A DNA stretch of 64,000 nt from Candidatus Spongiihabitans sp. (GTDB lineage Bacteria > Pseudomonadota > Gammaproteobacteria > Arenicellales > Poriferihabitantaceae): the NCBI GenBank assembly GCA_965206355.1, contig OZ242212.1:1310814-1374813 (forward strand), in the 5' to 3' direction. Shown here piece by piece: positions 11,197-20,918 of the stretch. Numbering within the stretch: position 1 is the stretch's first letter; the number at the start of each line of letters is the position of its first letter. The notes beneath the pieces were generated by a model. The model had not been told where the DNA came from. It searched no databases and saw only the letters and a program-made list of their open reading frames with translations. The translations under genes and the position numbers were made by a program.

Positions 11197-11402
11197 TTAT
11201 AAGGTTAAGCCTTTCATTTAAATGGCAGAATGAAGCTGGACTGATCCGCACAGCCCCATATTCATTGAAAACAGGCGGCAAACAATCAATAATCATTATC
11301 TTGTATATAAGAATTATAAATTTTTATATTTGCACTGTTTATATCATTATCCGCGCATAATTAATTATACCCTTTAATCCTGATTACGACGACAATAATA
11401 TT

Positions 11403-12341
11403 ATGAGTTTCTACGAAGTGATTCCCGCGCAAGTCCGCTTGCAGCGAAGTGAATTGGCAGTTCCGGGTTCTAATCTCGGGATGTTTGAGAAGGCGGCTAA
11501 CAGTGCGGCGGATTTTGTGTTTCTGGATTGCGAAGATGCGGTAGCACCAGATGATAAGGAGCAGGCAAGAAAAAATATCATTGAAGCCCTGAACGATATT
11601 GATTGGCGTGGCAAGGGTAAAACCGTTTCGGTGCGTATCAATGGTTTGGATACCCATTATATGTATCGTGATGTGGTGGATATTGTCGAGCAGGCGGGCA
11701 ATAAACTGGATACCATTTTAATTCCCAAGGCGGGCACGGCTGCAGATATTTATACGGTTGATTGTTTGGTTAGTCAGATTGAAACGGCGATGGGTATTAA
11801 GCACCGTATCGGTCTGGAAGCGTTGATCGAAACCACGTTGGGTATGGCTAATGTTGAAACTATCGCGCAGAGCAGTAAACGACTGGAGGCATTGCATTTT
11901 GGGGTTGCCGATTATGCGGCGAGTTGTCGGGCACGGACGGTCGTTATTGGTGGGCTGAATCCTGATTATCCCGGCGATCAATGGCATGCCAGTTTACAGC
12001 GTATGTTGGTTGCTTGTCGGGCATACGGATTGCGGGCGATTGATGGGCCGTTTGGTGATTTCAACGATCCTGACGGTTTTACTGACGCTGCCAAACGGGT
12101 CGCTACTATGGGCTTTGAAGGTAAGTGGGCAATACACCCTTCGCAAATTGAATTGGCAAATAAGGTGATGTCGCCACCAGCGGAAGAGGTTGATCGGGCT
12201 AAGCGTGTCCTGCAATCTTTGGATGAAGCGGCGAAGGCAGGTAAGGGTGCCGCGTCTCTGAATGGAAAATTGATTGATGCAGCTTCAGCACGAATGGCAG
12301 AAAACATCGTCAAGCAAGCCAAACTTATTGATAGAAGCTAA
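11403..12341 (+). CDS. mcl: L-malyl-CoA/beta-methylmalyl-CoA lyase (HpcH/HpaI aldolase / CitE family)
   Basis: 312 aa. Long stretches match my recollection of methylotroph MclA (RSELAVPGSN, DAVAPDDKEQARKNIIEALND, RINGLDTHYMYRDVVDIVE, FGVADYAAS, GFEGKWAIHPSQI). Directly followed by a malate thiokinase pair. Confidence 0.85.
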   Translation: MSFYEVIPAQVRLQRSELAVPGSNLGMFEKAANSAADFVFLDCEDAVAPDDKEQARKNIIEALNDIDWRGKGKTVSVRINGLDTHYMYRDVVDIVEQAGNKLDTILIPKAGTAADIYTVDCLVSQIETAMGIKHRIGLEALIETTLGMANVETIAQSSKRLEALHFGVADYAASCRARTVVIGGLNPDYPGDQWHASLQRMLVACRAYGLRAIDGPFGDFNDPDGFTDAAKRVATMGFEGKWAIHPSQIELANKVMSPPAEEVDRAKRVLQSLDEAAKAGKGAASLNGKLIDAASARMAENIVKQAKLIDRS

Positions 12342-12528
12342 TGGAAGCCGCTGTTTTACTTGTTGTGCTGTTTGTTGCCGATGTGATTGTCGCTGTTTCC
12401 TTTATGCGGGTGCGGGCATCAGTGTTTGGTATTCCCTTGTTTAACAGCGTCCTCTAAATCGACTAATTTCGTCAATTAGCGTCATTACTCAATAACATCA
12501 TTTTAATTAACACAGGCGGAGTCAATCA

Positions 12529-13692
12529 GTGGAAGTTCACGAATATCAGGCCAAACAATTACTCAAACAGTTTGGCGTCTCAATACCGGTTGGCGGACTG
12601 GCTTATAGTCCGGAACAAGCAGTATATCGTGCCAATGAAATCGGTGGTGAAAAATGGGTGGTTAAAGCCCAAATTCATTCCGGTGCCCGTGGTAAAGCGG
12701 GTGGCATAAAGTTTTGTAGCAACACGCAGGAAGTGTGGGATGCAGCGGAATCCCTGCTAGGTAGGAAATTGGTGACCCATCAAACTGGTGTGGAAGGCAA
12801 GATGGTGTACCGTTTATATGTTGAGCCGGCTACCGAAATCAAGAGTGAATTGTATTTTGGGTTGGTGCTTGACCGTAGCCACGAGTGTGTTGTGGCAGTG
12901 GGTTCCTCTCAGGGAGGCATGGATATTGAGGAAGTATCGAGCAAAAATCCCGAGTCATTGATAAGAATCAATGTTGAGCCAGCGGTGGGTATGCAGGCTT
13001 TTCAGGCGCGGCAAATGGCTTTCCAGTTAGGGCTTGAGGGGCAGCAGGTTCAGCAGGCGGTGAGTGTATTTTTGAAGTCGTATAGGGCATTCCGTGACCT
13101 TGATGCAACGATGCTGGAAATCAACCCGCTGACCATCACCCAAGCAGATACGGTGGTTGCGCTTGATGCGAAGATGTCATTTGACGACAACGCATTATTC
13201 CGTCGAACAAATATTTCTGAGTATCGCGATAAGTCGCAGGAAGATCCGAGGGAAATGGAAGCAGCAGATCGCGGATTGAGTTACGTTGGTCTGGAGGGCA
13301 ATATCGGTTGTATCATCAATGGTGCGGGGCTTGCTATGGCGACCATGGATATTATCAAAATGAAAGGTGGTGAGCCTGCGAACTTTCTGGATATTGGTGG
13401 TGGTGCTTCTCCGGAACGAGTGGCTAAGGCGTTTCGGCTGGTTTTGTCGGATGCGAAAGTGGATGCCATATTAGTCAATATTTTTGCCGGTATCAATCGC
13501 TGTGACTGGGTTGCTGAAGGTGTGATTCAGGCGGTGCAGAAACTCAAGCCCAGCGTGCCCGTGGTGGTGCGCTTGTCGGGTACCAATGTCGAAGCGGGGC
13601 AGGCGATAATCAATAATTCTGATCTTGGCATTCTCTCTGCGGATACATTAGACCAGGCTGCCGAAGTGGTCGTTAATTCCATTCAAAAATAA
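12529..13692 (+). CDS. mtkA: malate--CoA ligase (malate thiokinase) beta subunit; SucC paralogue
   Basis: ATP-grasp SucC-like N terminus ([15 protein letters not shown] start) and [15 protein letters not shown]. Assigned to Mtk rather than Suc because of operon linkage to mcl and the Mtk-like partner subunit. Confidence 0.75.
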   Translation: MEVHEYQAKQLLKQFGVSIPVGGLAYSPEQAVYRANEIGGEKWVVKAQIHSGARGKAGGIKFCSNTQEVWDAAESLLGRKLVTHQTGVEGKMVYRLYVEPATEIKSELYFGLVLDRSHECVVAVGSSQGGMDIEEVSSKNPESLIRINVEPAVGMQAFQARQMAFQLGLEGQQVQQAVSVFLKSYRAFRDLDATMLEINPLTITQADTVVALDAKMSFDDNALFRRTNISEYRDKSQEDPREMEAADRGLSYVGLEGNIGCIINGAGLAMATMDIIKMKGGEPANFLDIGGGASPERVAKAFRLVLSDAKVDAILVNIFAGINRCDWVAEGVIQAVQKLKPSVPVVVRLSGTNVEAGQAIINNSDLGILSADTLDQAAEVVVNSIQK

Positions 13693-13699
13693 AGAACTC

Positions 13700-14578
13700 A
13701 TGGCTATTTTAATTGATGAAAAAACCAAAATCCTGATTCAGGGTTTCACTGGACAAATGGGCACATTCCATGCTCAGGAAATGATTGCTTATGGCACTAA
13801 TGTTGTCGGCGGAGTGACTCCAGGGAAAGGAGGGGAAAACCATCTTGGTAAACCAGTATTTAATTCAGTGAAAGAAGCGGTGCGGGAAACAGGCGCTGAA
13901 GCCAGTATTGTATTTGTGCCACCAGCATTTGCTGCCGACAGCATAATGGAAGCTGCCGAAGCCAATTTACGTTACTGCGTCTCCATCACCGATGGGATTC
14001 CGGCACAGGATATGTTGCGGGTCAAGCGGTATATGCGGCGTTTCAAGAAAGAACAACGTATGTGTCTGGCAGGACCGAATTGTGCGGGAACAATCAGTCC
14101 GGGCAAGGCGATGTTGGGTATTATGCCCGGACATATCTATCAGGAAGGTCGGGTCGGCATCATAGGGCGTTCCGGTACATTAGGCTATGAGGCGGCCTCT
14201 CAAATCAAGTCGGTAGGGATAGGGGTTTCTACCAGCGTGGGCATCGGCGGTGATACGATCAATGGTAGTTCATTCAAGGATCATTTAATTCGATTTGAAC
14301 AAGACCCTGAAACCGATGCTATTATTATGATTGGTGAAATTGGTGGGCCACAAGAAATTGAAGCGGCAGAATATTTTAAGGCGCATATGTCGAAACCAGT
14401 GATCGCCTACATTGCTGGTTTAACCGCGCCCAAAGGACGCAGAATGGGACATGCTGGTGCCATTGTTAGCTCATCAGGTGAGAGTGCAGTAGAAAAAGTG
14501 GAGGTTCTCAAGCAATGTGGCATCCACATCGTACCGTCGCCCGCTGAATTCGGCGCGACCATACAGAAGGTTTTATAG
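13700..14578 (+). CDS. mtkB: malate--CoA ligase alpha subunit; SucD paralogue
   Basis: CoA-ligase alpha subunit with phosphohistidine loop MGHAGAI. The segment [24 protein letters not shown] matches what I recall of MtkB rather than SucD. Confidence 0.8.
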   Translation: MAILIDEKTKILIQGFTGQMGTFHAQEMIAYGTNVVGGVTPGKGGENHLGKPVFNSVKEAVRETGAEASIVFVPPAFAADSIMEAAEANLRYCVSITDGIPAQDMLRVKRYMRRFKKEQRMCLAGPNCAGTISPGKAMLGIMPGHIYQEGRVGIIGRSGTLGYEAASQIKSVGIGVSTSVGIGGDTINGSSFKDHLIRFEQDPETDAIIMIGEIGGPQEIEAAEYFKAHMSKPVIAYIAGLTAPKGRRMGHAGAIVSSSGESAVEKVEVLKQCGIHIVPSPAEFGATIQKVL

Positions 14579-14747
14579 CGAATCTGGGTGAATATGATGC
14601 GCTATAAAAAATTTTGATACAGCGGCTACAGAGGTGGTGAATAAAGTCCGCTTTTCCAGGGTTTTTTGGCAGAAGCGGAGTCCCGATTGTTGCCTGTTTT
14701 TAACTTGTGATTGCGAAGAAATAAGCACTATTGAAGCCAGACACACG

Positions 14748-14778
14748 TTGTCAAATGTGTCGCTTATTATGGTATAAT
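14748..14778 (+). promoter_or_regulatory. candidate sigma70 promoter (TTGTCA - 19 nt - TGgTATAAT, extended -10)
   Basis: ttgtca at 14748-14753 and tggtataat ending at 14778, about 48 nt upstream of the HisA-like start. The spacer is 19 nt (long), partly offset by the extended -10 TG. Confidence 0.35.
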
Positions 14779-14825
14779 AGCTTGTTATAGCCGACTTGCG
14801 TTAACCGAATTTTAGGAATGAGCCG

Positions 14826-15569
14826 ATGATTATTTATCCTGATATTGAATTGCACAATGGTCAATGTGTGAATCTAAGGCATGGTAGTATTGATGACCCG
14901 AAAGTATTTGGAATTAAGCCTCTGGATGCGGCAAAAAAATTTGAACAGGGTGGTGCACAATGGTTGCATGTGGTTGATTTAGACGGGGTGTTTGAATATC
15001 ATGGAGAAAACTCGGAAATCATCAAGGAGATTATTGCTAATTCTAGTATTCCGGTACAGGTAGGCGGGGGAATACGCTCGCTCAGTTCGGTGGATTGGTG
15101 GCTGGACAATGGTGCGTCCCGCGTAGTCATGGGGACTGCGGCGGTTGCTGATCCGAGACTGATTGATGATGTATGCGTAAAATATCCGCAAAAAATCGTG
15201 GTCAGTATTGATGCTAGGGATGGTAAAGTGGTTTCACATGGCTGGAAAAATATCTCGACTTTTAGCGCAATGGAATTGGCAAAACGATTCGAGCAATCAG
15301 GAGTTGCGGCGATTATATATACGGATATTGATCGCTATAATGAATTGCCGGAAAGCAGTATGGCGAATACGACACAGATGGGCACTGAATTAAGTTGTCC
15401 GGTTATCTCCAGTGGAACGATTCGCAATCTGGATGATGTTTCTATGCTGTCGAATCTGCCGAACATTGACGGCGTGGTGATAGGTTGGGCATTGTTTAAT
15501 GAACAAGTGTCCATTGAAGATGCGGTAGCGGTGGGCAGTCAGAAACCAACAGAGGCGGCGTTTATCTAG
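14826..15569 (+). CDS. HisA-family (beta/alpha)8-barrel protein, divergent stand-alone paralogue
   Basis: Collinear with HisA (MIIYPDIEL, LHVVDLDG, PVQVGGGIRS, VVSIDARDGKV..GW, GVVIGWAL). Several HisA motifs are altered: PDIEL for PAxDL, SSGTI for SGGI/V, and TDIDRYNEL where the HisA-type DGT motif is expected. Confidence 0.7.
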   Translation: MIIYPDIELHNGQCVNLRHGSIDDPKVFGIKPLDAAKKFEQGGAQWLHVVDLDGVFEYHGENSEIIKEIIANSSIPVQVGGGIRSLSSVDWWLDNGASRVVMGTAAVADPRLIDDVCVKYPQKIVVSIDARDGKVVSHGWKNISTFSAMELAKRFEQSGVAAIIYTDIDRYNELPESSMANTTQMGTELSCPVISSGTIRNLDDVSMLSNLPNIDGVVIGWALFNEQVSIEDAVAVGSQKPTEAAFI

Positions 15570-15632
15570 TTGGTCTGGCTGATCTCGGGTTTATCTGGTT
15601 TATCTTGTCCTTATTTGAAGAAGGGACGAATG

Positions 15633-16136
15633 CTACTGGGTAAAGACAACGCCTGTGGTCAGTTCTTCATACAGTTTATAGTGGGTTTGTTGCATGCCGA
15701 GCTTGCGGTAGGTTGATTGTGCGATTGTATTTTCATTCTCCACATACAACCGATAGCCACAAACAGTGCGGTTTTGTTGCGCGAGATGTTTTACCTGTGC
15801 GTAAAGCCGACGATAAACACCTTTTCTTCTCCATTTGGAAGTGACATAAACACTCTGAATCCACCAAAACTGTCCGTTTCTCCAGTCACTCCACTCGGTA
15901 GTCACCATAAGGGAGCCTGCGATTTCACGGTCAGATTCATCATTTGTTTCGGCAACCAGGTAAAAACCAAGCGCATCATCAGCAATGAGTTTGCGCACCC
16001 CAGATAATATCACTTCAGGAATAAGCGTAATCCCTTCAGTTTCCTGTGCCATTTTCTCATTAAATGCAGCAATTTGTAGCGCATCGGACAAGATGGCTCG
16101 CCGTATCGTGATTTGACCTTCCACTGCTATTGCCAT
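15633..16136 (-). CDS. GNAT family N-acetyltransferase
   Basis: 167 aa from ATG 16136. Acetyl-CoA binding motif region (WIQSVYVTSKWRRKGVYRRLY, i.e. Q/R-x-x-G-x-G/A like). The longer ORF-track start at 16235 adds a non-conserved extension. Confidence 0.8.
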   Translation of the reverse strand: MAIAVEGQITIRRAILSDALQIAAFNEKMAQETEGITLIPEVILSGVRKLIADDALGFYLVAETNDESDREIAGSLMVTTEWSDWRNGQFWWIQSVYVTSKWRRKGVYRRLYAQVKHLAQQNRTVCGYRLYVENENTIAQSTYRKLGMQQTHYKLYEELTTGVVFTQ

Positions 16137-16308
16137 TATGGGATATGAGTGATTTTGACTGTCTATTATAGGACATCTTAACGGTATTATTGCAATCCGC
16201 CACGAGGGATAAAATATATCAATAAATAGATGCACACCATCGTTTCAGGATATGATTTTTTCCAGTTGGTGTTTTCGTTTTACCCAATCGGGGAGCGAAT
16301 TGCCGAGC

Positions 16309-16520
16309 AAGTTATAAAATGCTTGGGGCTGTTCCAGACAACACCGCGGAGTAAGTTATAAAATGCTTGGGGCTGTTCCAGATAACACCGCGGAGTAAGT
16401 TATAAAATGCTTGGGGCTGTTCCAGATAACACCGCGGAGCAAGTTATAAAATGCTTGGGGCTGTTCCAGATAACACCGCCGCGTAAGTTATAAATGCTTG
16501 GGGTTGTCCTCGGTAACGCT
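16309..16520. repeat. tandem array of a 44-bp unit (4 near-identical copies plus 1 degenerate)
   Basis: Units AAGTTATAAAATGCTTGGGGCTGTTCCAGA(C/T)AACACCGCGGAG(T/C) start at 16309, 16353, 16397, 16441 and 16485 (exact 44-nt period). There are no spacers between units. Confidence 0.9.
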
Positions 16521-16556
16521 AATAAGTATGTTTTTCGTCTATATTGAATGTGGACA

Positions 16557-17765
16557 TTAGGATAACCAGTGTTGTGCGGGTGTTGACAGAAACTTCTCAA
16601 GCGAGATTCCGCCCGTGCCGATTATTAATTTCCGCGTTGGCTTGTACAGTTTATCGAAAACATCCATGCCCGAAAATGTATGAGAAATTCGACCGCTTTT
16701 TACTTCTATTGCTACAAGTTTCCTGCATCGTTGCAACACGAAATCCACTTCATGATTACGACCCCGCCAATAGAATAATTGACAATCTCCACTAGCGGCG
16801 GCGTTGACCAGATGGGCACCCACTGCGGACTCTGTCAATCGTCCCCAATATGCCTTGTCTGCAAATGCCTCGGTATAGGACATACCGGATTGAGCCGTTA
16901 TTAGTGCGGTATTGGTTACCTGAAGTTTCGGGCTGGAGCCACGTCGCCGTACTGCCTGACCGGCATATTTATCTAATCCAGTGAGTATCCCGGCACCAGC
17001 GAGCAGGCTAAGATAGTGTGCTAACGTGGTGGTGTTGCCTGCATCCTGAAGCTGCCCGAGCATTTTTGTATAAGAAAGGATTTGTCCCGAATAGCTGCAC
17101 CCCAGTTCAAACAGTCGCCGTAACAATGCCGGTTTATCAACACGGGAAAGCAACAGAACATCACGTGCAACGGTGGTTTCAATGAGCGAGTCCATAATAT
17201 AGCGCGACCAGCGGACGGGTTGTTTTATTAAGAGGGCTGCTCCCGGATAGGCACCGTAAAAAAGGTATTGTTCCAGATTCCATCCGAAAGCCTGACGCAT
17301 TTCAAGGAAACTCCAATGTGGCATATGTAACATTTCAAAACGACCGGCAAGGCTTTCTGTCAAGCCCTGCCCAATCAATAACGGTGCGGAACCCAATAAC
17401 ACCATCTTAACCCTTCTTTGCTTGCGCGTGTCTTCATCCCAAAGACGCTTTACCGTTTCCGCCCAGTGTGGCACCTTCTGCACCTCATCCAATATCAGCA
17501 GGGCAGTTTTCCTTCTCGGTTTGTCCGCCAGCAATCGCGCCTGCTCCCATTGTGTTTCAACCCACCCACTACCGCGTAATGTCGGTTGGTCTGCGCTGGC
17601 AAAGTGGTACGGCAGTTTGCCACGCTCTGCCACTTGCAAGACTAGCGTAGTTTTACCCACCTGCCTTGCCCCTGAGAGCACCTGAATAAACCGTCGAGGT
17701 TCTTTCAGTCGCCCCAACAACACTGTCGCCTGTGTTCTAGTGAATATATTTTTACTCAATACCAT
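16557..17765 (-). CDS. AAA+ ATPase, DUF4143-type (ATP-binding protein)
   Basis: 402 aa. Walker A SGARQVGKTT, Walker B LLILDEVQK, and a C-terminal region typical of the 'ATPase with DUF4143' family. Confidence 0.75.
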   Translation of the reverse strand: MVLSKNIFTRTQATVLLGRLKEPRRFIQVLSGARQVGKTTLVLQVAERGKLPYHFASADQPTLRGSGWVETQWEQARLLADKPRRKTALLILDEVQKVPHWAETVKRLWDEDTRKQRRVKMVLLGSAPLLIGQGLTESLAGRFEMLHMPHWSFLEMRQAFGWNLEQYLFYGAYPGAALLIKQPVRWSRYIMDSLIETTVARDVLLLSRVDKPALLRRLFELGCSYSGQILSYTKMLGQLQDAGNTTTLAHYLSLLAGAGILTGLDKYAGQAVRRRGSSPKLQVTNTALITAQSGMSYTEAFADKAYWGRLTESAVGAHLVNAAASGDCQLFYWRGRNHEVDFVLQRCRKLVAIEVKSGRISHTFSGMDVFDKLYKPTRKLIIGTGGISLEKFLSTPAQHWLS

Positions 17766-17947
17766 GAGTAGTATTACTCAATATATTAAGTAATTTGTCA
17801 AGAGGGTTTGATTGATTATTTCACTTGCATTGATTCCTTATACAAATGGCCTTTTCAATAGTATTAGGCAAATGTCTTGAAGTCCAAAGGCATATTCCTT
17901 GGCTACTATTTGTTTGTCCCTGCTGTGATAGGGGTGCTGTGATTGGG

Positions 17948-18778
17948 CTATAGGGTGCGTCGTCCGTGTAAAAAAGAAAACTGGCCGATGTGTTTGCGTT
18001 TGTTGTCGTTGTTGCGGAGGTAATTTTCCAGCTCGCCTGATTGCTGCAATTGCTGTAATTGCATGCCGATGGCTTCAATGGTTTTGTCGGAGACCGTACT
18101 CCACATCGAATCACCATCACGCCAAGACTTGTCCAGCGGGCCGCGTGGGTCGAAATAGGCGTCACCTTGCATCAGGGCATCTATCGGCACGAAACATTGC
18201 TGGTAGGCGATACCCGCATCATTCATAAGCTGTCGTAAAACATCAAGCGTGGCGTGGCGTTTGCACATCTGTGCTGTTTCTTCGGGAATCAGTTGGTAAT
18301 ACCAGAATCCATGACGTAATTGTTGTTGTGAGCAAGTGTTGATGATGAGGTTGCCAGCGGGTTTTAAGACCCGTGCCAATTCAGCGAACACTTGGCGATA
18401 GCTTGGATAGTCGGCATCGGCGGCGAGTGGCAGGTGATGTAATACTTGATTGATCATGATGCCGTCAAAGAGCGCGTCCTCAAAGGGTAGCGCGTCAATA
18501 GGCGCATGATGGAAGGTTATGCGCTTGTCGTTGGCTACAAGTTTCTCGCGGGCGCGATTAAGCATACCCAAGTTAATATCCACGGCACTAATTTTTCCGA
18601 CCTGAAGCAGCAGCGCCATTGTGTAATTTCCAGTGCCACAGCCTGCATCCAGTAAGTGTTGTTGCGCCAGAGGAGTCTGACTCTGCGCCAGACAGCCGCT
18701 GATTATTTCCACCCCAACAGGGATGCGCGTGGTATCATAGCACTGCGATGTTTCGGAATAATTTTCGTAACTACTCAT
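17948..18778 (-). CDS. class I SAM-dependent methyltransferase
   Basis: Motif I LLDAGCGTGNYT and post-I/II motifs (ISAVDIN, FDGIMINQVLHHL). Confidence 0.85.
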   Translation of the reverse strand: MSSYENYSETSQCYDTTRIPVGVEIISGCLAQSQTPLAQQHLLDAGCGTGNYTMALLLQVGKISAVDINLGMLNRAREKLVANDKRITFHHAPIDALPFEDALFDGIMINQVLHHLPLAADADYPSYRQVFAELARVLKPAGNLIINTCSQQQLRHGFWYYQLIPEETAQMCKRHATLDVLRQLMNDAGIAYQQCFVPIDALMQGDAYFDPRGPLDKSWRDGDSMWSTVSDKTIEAIGMQLQQLQQSGELENYLRNNDNKRKHIGQFSFLHGRRTL

Positions 18779-18792
18779 GTTGGTAACCTGTT

Positions 18793-18952
18793 ATGGAAAC
18801 GGCACATGATAACGGTTTTTGCGATGTTTCTCAGTGCAGTTGGTGCTCACAAAAGAAAGCCCGTAACCCGTCATGGAAACGGTGCATGATAACGGCTTTT
18901 GGGATATTCTTCAGTGAGTTTGTGTTCAAAAAAAAGCCCGCCAGAGACGGGC
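18793..18952. repeat. tandem duplication of an ~80-bp unit (about 75% identity)
   Basis: ATGGAAACGG(CA/TG)CATGATAACGG... occurs at 18793 and again at 18873. Each unit ends in AAAGCCCG. Only the second copy completes the terminator hairpin. Confidence 0.7.
18928..18952 (-). terminator. rho-independent terminator of the YHS-domain gene
   Basis: On the minus strand: GCCCG-TCTCTGG-CGGGC followed by TTTTTTTT (plus-strand A-run 18928-18935). It lies 80 nt downstream of the stop at 19032. Confidence 0.7.
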
Positions 18953-19031
18953 AAAGGAGGAGGTAATGAATGGTGGTGAGGGTATGAAGCGGCTATCTGC
19001 CAGTTATTCTGGCAACGACAAACGGCAACGC

Positions 19032-19496
19032 TCAATCAAGTACTTTTGGCCAATTTACATCGCCAAGAACAATCAGGTTATCTCTGTCAGACGCCCACTT
19101 GGCCTGTATATTCTCATCATAGTTCAAATAAAGTTTGTCGTTCACTATGCTCCACAGTAACGGATCTCCTGATGCTGTGTTGCCATGGGCAACCGCCCAG
19201 GCACAATATCCTCCGTATTGGGGCACATACTTTTGCGGATTTTCTTTGAATTTTGCAAGATTTTCCTTGTTGGAGAAATACCAGTCAGCTTCTTTATATT
19301 CGGTAGCGATACGCTTTTTCCCCTCTATTGCTTTGCCGTCAGTGAAGTAGGAAACGACATCATAGCCGCCAGCACCAGCACGACTGAAATACGAAGTATA
19401 AATGGGATCCTTAGCTGCATAAGCGCAAGTTGCAAGGACAAAAAGGCTGACGGCGATAACGATTTTCTTGTGAATTTTGTACATGACAGTAACCAT
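19032..19496 (-). CDS. secreted YHS-domain-type protein
   Basis: Signal peptide (KKIVIAVSLFVLATCAYA), then GGYDVVSYFTDGKA...YFSNKENLAKFKENPQKYVPQYGGYCAW, as I recall for proteins annotated as YHS domain-containing. Confidence 0.65.
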   Translation of the reverse strand: MVTVMYKIHKKIVIAVSLFVLATCAYAAKDPIYTSYFSRAGAGGYDVVSYFTDGKAIEGKKRIATEYKEADWYFSNKENLAKFKENPQKYVPQYGGYCAWAVAHGNTASGDPLLWSIVNDKLYLNYDENIQAKWASDRDNLIVLGDVNWPKVLD

Positions 19497-19655
19497 TATA
19501 ATTTTTAAGAAGTCTTGATCGTATCTGACTGCCGCTTAAAAAATAAGTTCATTTTAGAGCCATTTATGATGATTCCATCCTTACAATAGCGTGGTCGCTA
19601 ATTGTCAGATCACGCTATTTGCCTGATAATAGCAGACTATTTTTAATACTTTCGT

Positions 19656-20636
19656 ATGTTGATGGACAGAACCCAATACGGCGAGATAATCGAAGGTGCG
19701 GAGCGGCATATTGGCTTCTACATCTCCAATGATTTTAGTATGTTGCCATTGATTGCGGCGGTGGAGCCTTTGCGTATCGCCAATCGTATGTCACACAAGC
19801 CACTGTATCAGTGGTCGATTGTGACTGCAGATGGTGACCGTGCTTTGGCAACGAATGGCATGGCATTGACTGCCAGTTATGCGGTTAAAAATGCGCCGGA
19901 TTTCTGTATGCTATTTGTCTGTGGTCCTTATGCACCTAAAAATTTCAATCACCCACCTACGCTCGATTGGTTGGTGGCGCAGAGTAAGCGCGGTATTGTT
20001 ATTGGTGGCATTGAAACAGGCTGCCATATTCTTGCCGAATCGGGTCTTTTGGATGGGGTGCAATGCACGACGCACTGGGAGAATATGGCAGAGTTTGTTG
20101 AGAAATTTCCCGGACATAAGGTCTCATCCGATGTCTATGAGATTGATGGTAAGCGGGTAACCTGTTCTGGAGGAGCGGTTTCTATGGATATGATGCTATA
20201 TATCATTGAGCAACAGCATGGTCACGAGTTGGCCGCCTCGGTTGCCGACACGATGATTCATCCTGATATTCGCCATGCCAGTGAACCACAACGGATGAAT
20301 ATTCAGGCACGCACTGGTGTTAATCATCCGGTGTTGCTGGAGTGTATTGAGCTGATTGAAGCCAATATCGAACAACCCCTTTCTCCCCACGATCTAGCGC
20401 ATCTGGTTGGGGTGTCAAAACGGCAGTTGGAAAGGTTGTTCCGCTGCCATTTGAATATCACTCCGGCACGCTATTATTTGGGCATTCGGCTGGATGTGGC
20501 GCGAAAAATGCTGGAGACGAGTAGCATGAGAATTATTGATGTGGCGATAGCGTGTGGTTTTAAGTCTGCCGGACATTTTAGCAGTCGCTATGTTTCCAGC
20601 TACGGCGTAACGCCCCGAGCTACGCGTAAAAAATGA
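19656..20636 (+). CDS. GlxA-family transcriptional regulator (DJ-1/PfpI-like domain plus AraC HTH)
   Basis: N-terminal amidotransferase-like domain (GIETGCHILAESGLLDG) and a C-terminal AraC-type HTH (VGVSKRQLERLF...GFKSAGHFSSRY). Confidence 0.85.
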   Translation: MLMDRTQYGEIIEGAERHIGFYISNDFSMLPLIAAVEPLRIANRMSHKPLYQWSIVTADGDRALATNGMALTASYAVKNAPDFCMLFVCGPYAPKNFNHPPTLDWLVAQSKRGIVIGGIETGCHILAESGLLDGVQCTTHWENMAEFVEKFPGHKVSSDVYEIDGKRVTCSGGAVSMDMMLYIIEQQHGHELAASVADTMIHPDIRHASEPQRMNIQARTGVNHPVLLECIELIEANIEQPLSPHDLAHLVGVSKRQLERLFRCHLNITPARYYLGIRLDVARKMLETSSMRIIDVAIACGFKSAGHFSSRYVSSYGVTPRATRKK

Positions 20637-20918
20637 TTATTAACCGAGTTGTTACGGATTGTTGATCGGCTTGTCGGTATCGCTATCTGTATCGGGTATG
20701 AAATTATCACCTGATAATTATCAAGCGGCAACCTGAAAAGGCGCGGAAATTGAATTTCCAGTCGTTAAATGTTACATCATTAAGCTCAGATTCAATAATA
20801 CTTGGCGTTTTTGCCTCAAGGGTATCTTGATTGTCAGGCTTTTGCCGTGATTGCAAAGCAAGTTTTACAGGCAGAGTCGCGGTGAATAGGGGTGTCCTCA
20901 AGCATTAGACATAAACTT

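Noticed and set aside
12529-14578. Calling the ligase pair succinyl-CoA synthetase sucCD
   Set aside because: The pair is operon-linked to a malyl-CoA lyase, no sdh/suc genes are nearby, and the alpha subunit carries segments I recall from MtkB. Malate thiokinase is the better call, though phylogeny is needed.
16309-16520. Possible CRISPR array
   Set aside because: The 44-bp units are directly abutting with no unique spacers, the unit is longer than typical CRISPR repeats, and no cas genes are nearby. Treated as a plain tandem repeat.
17760-17800. Near-palindrome TACTCAATATATTAAGTA at the 5' end of the AAA+ ATPase gene as an operator
   Set aside because: It is an imperfect AT-rich palindrome (two mismatches), easily arising by chance in AT-rich promoter DNA, and no regulator gene is adjacent.
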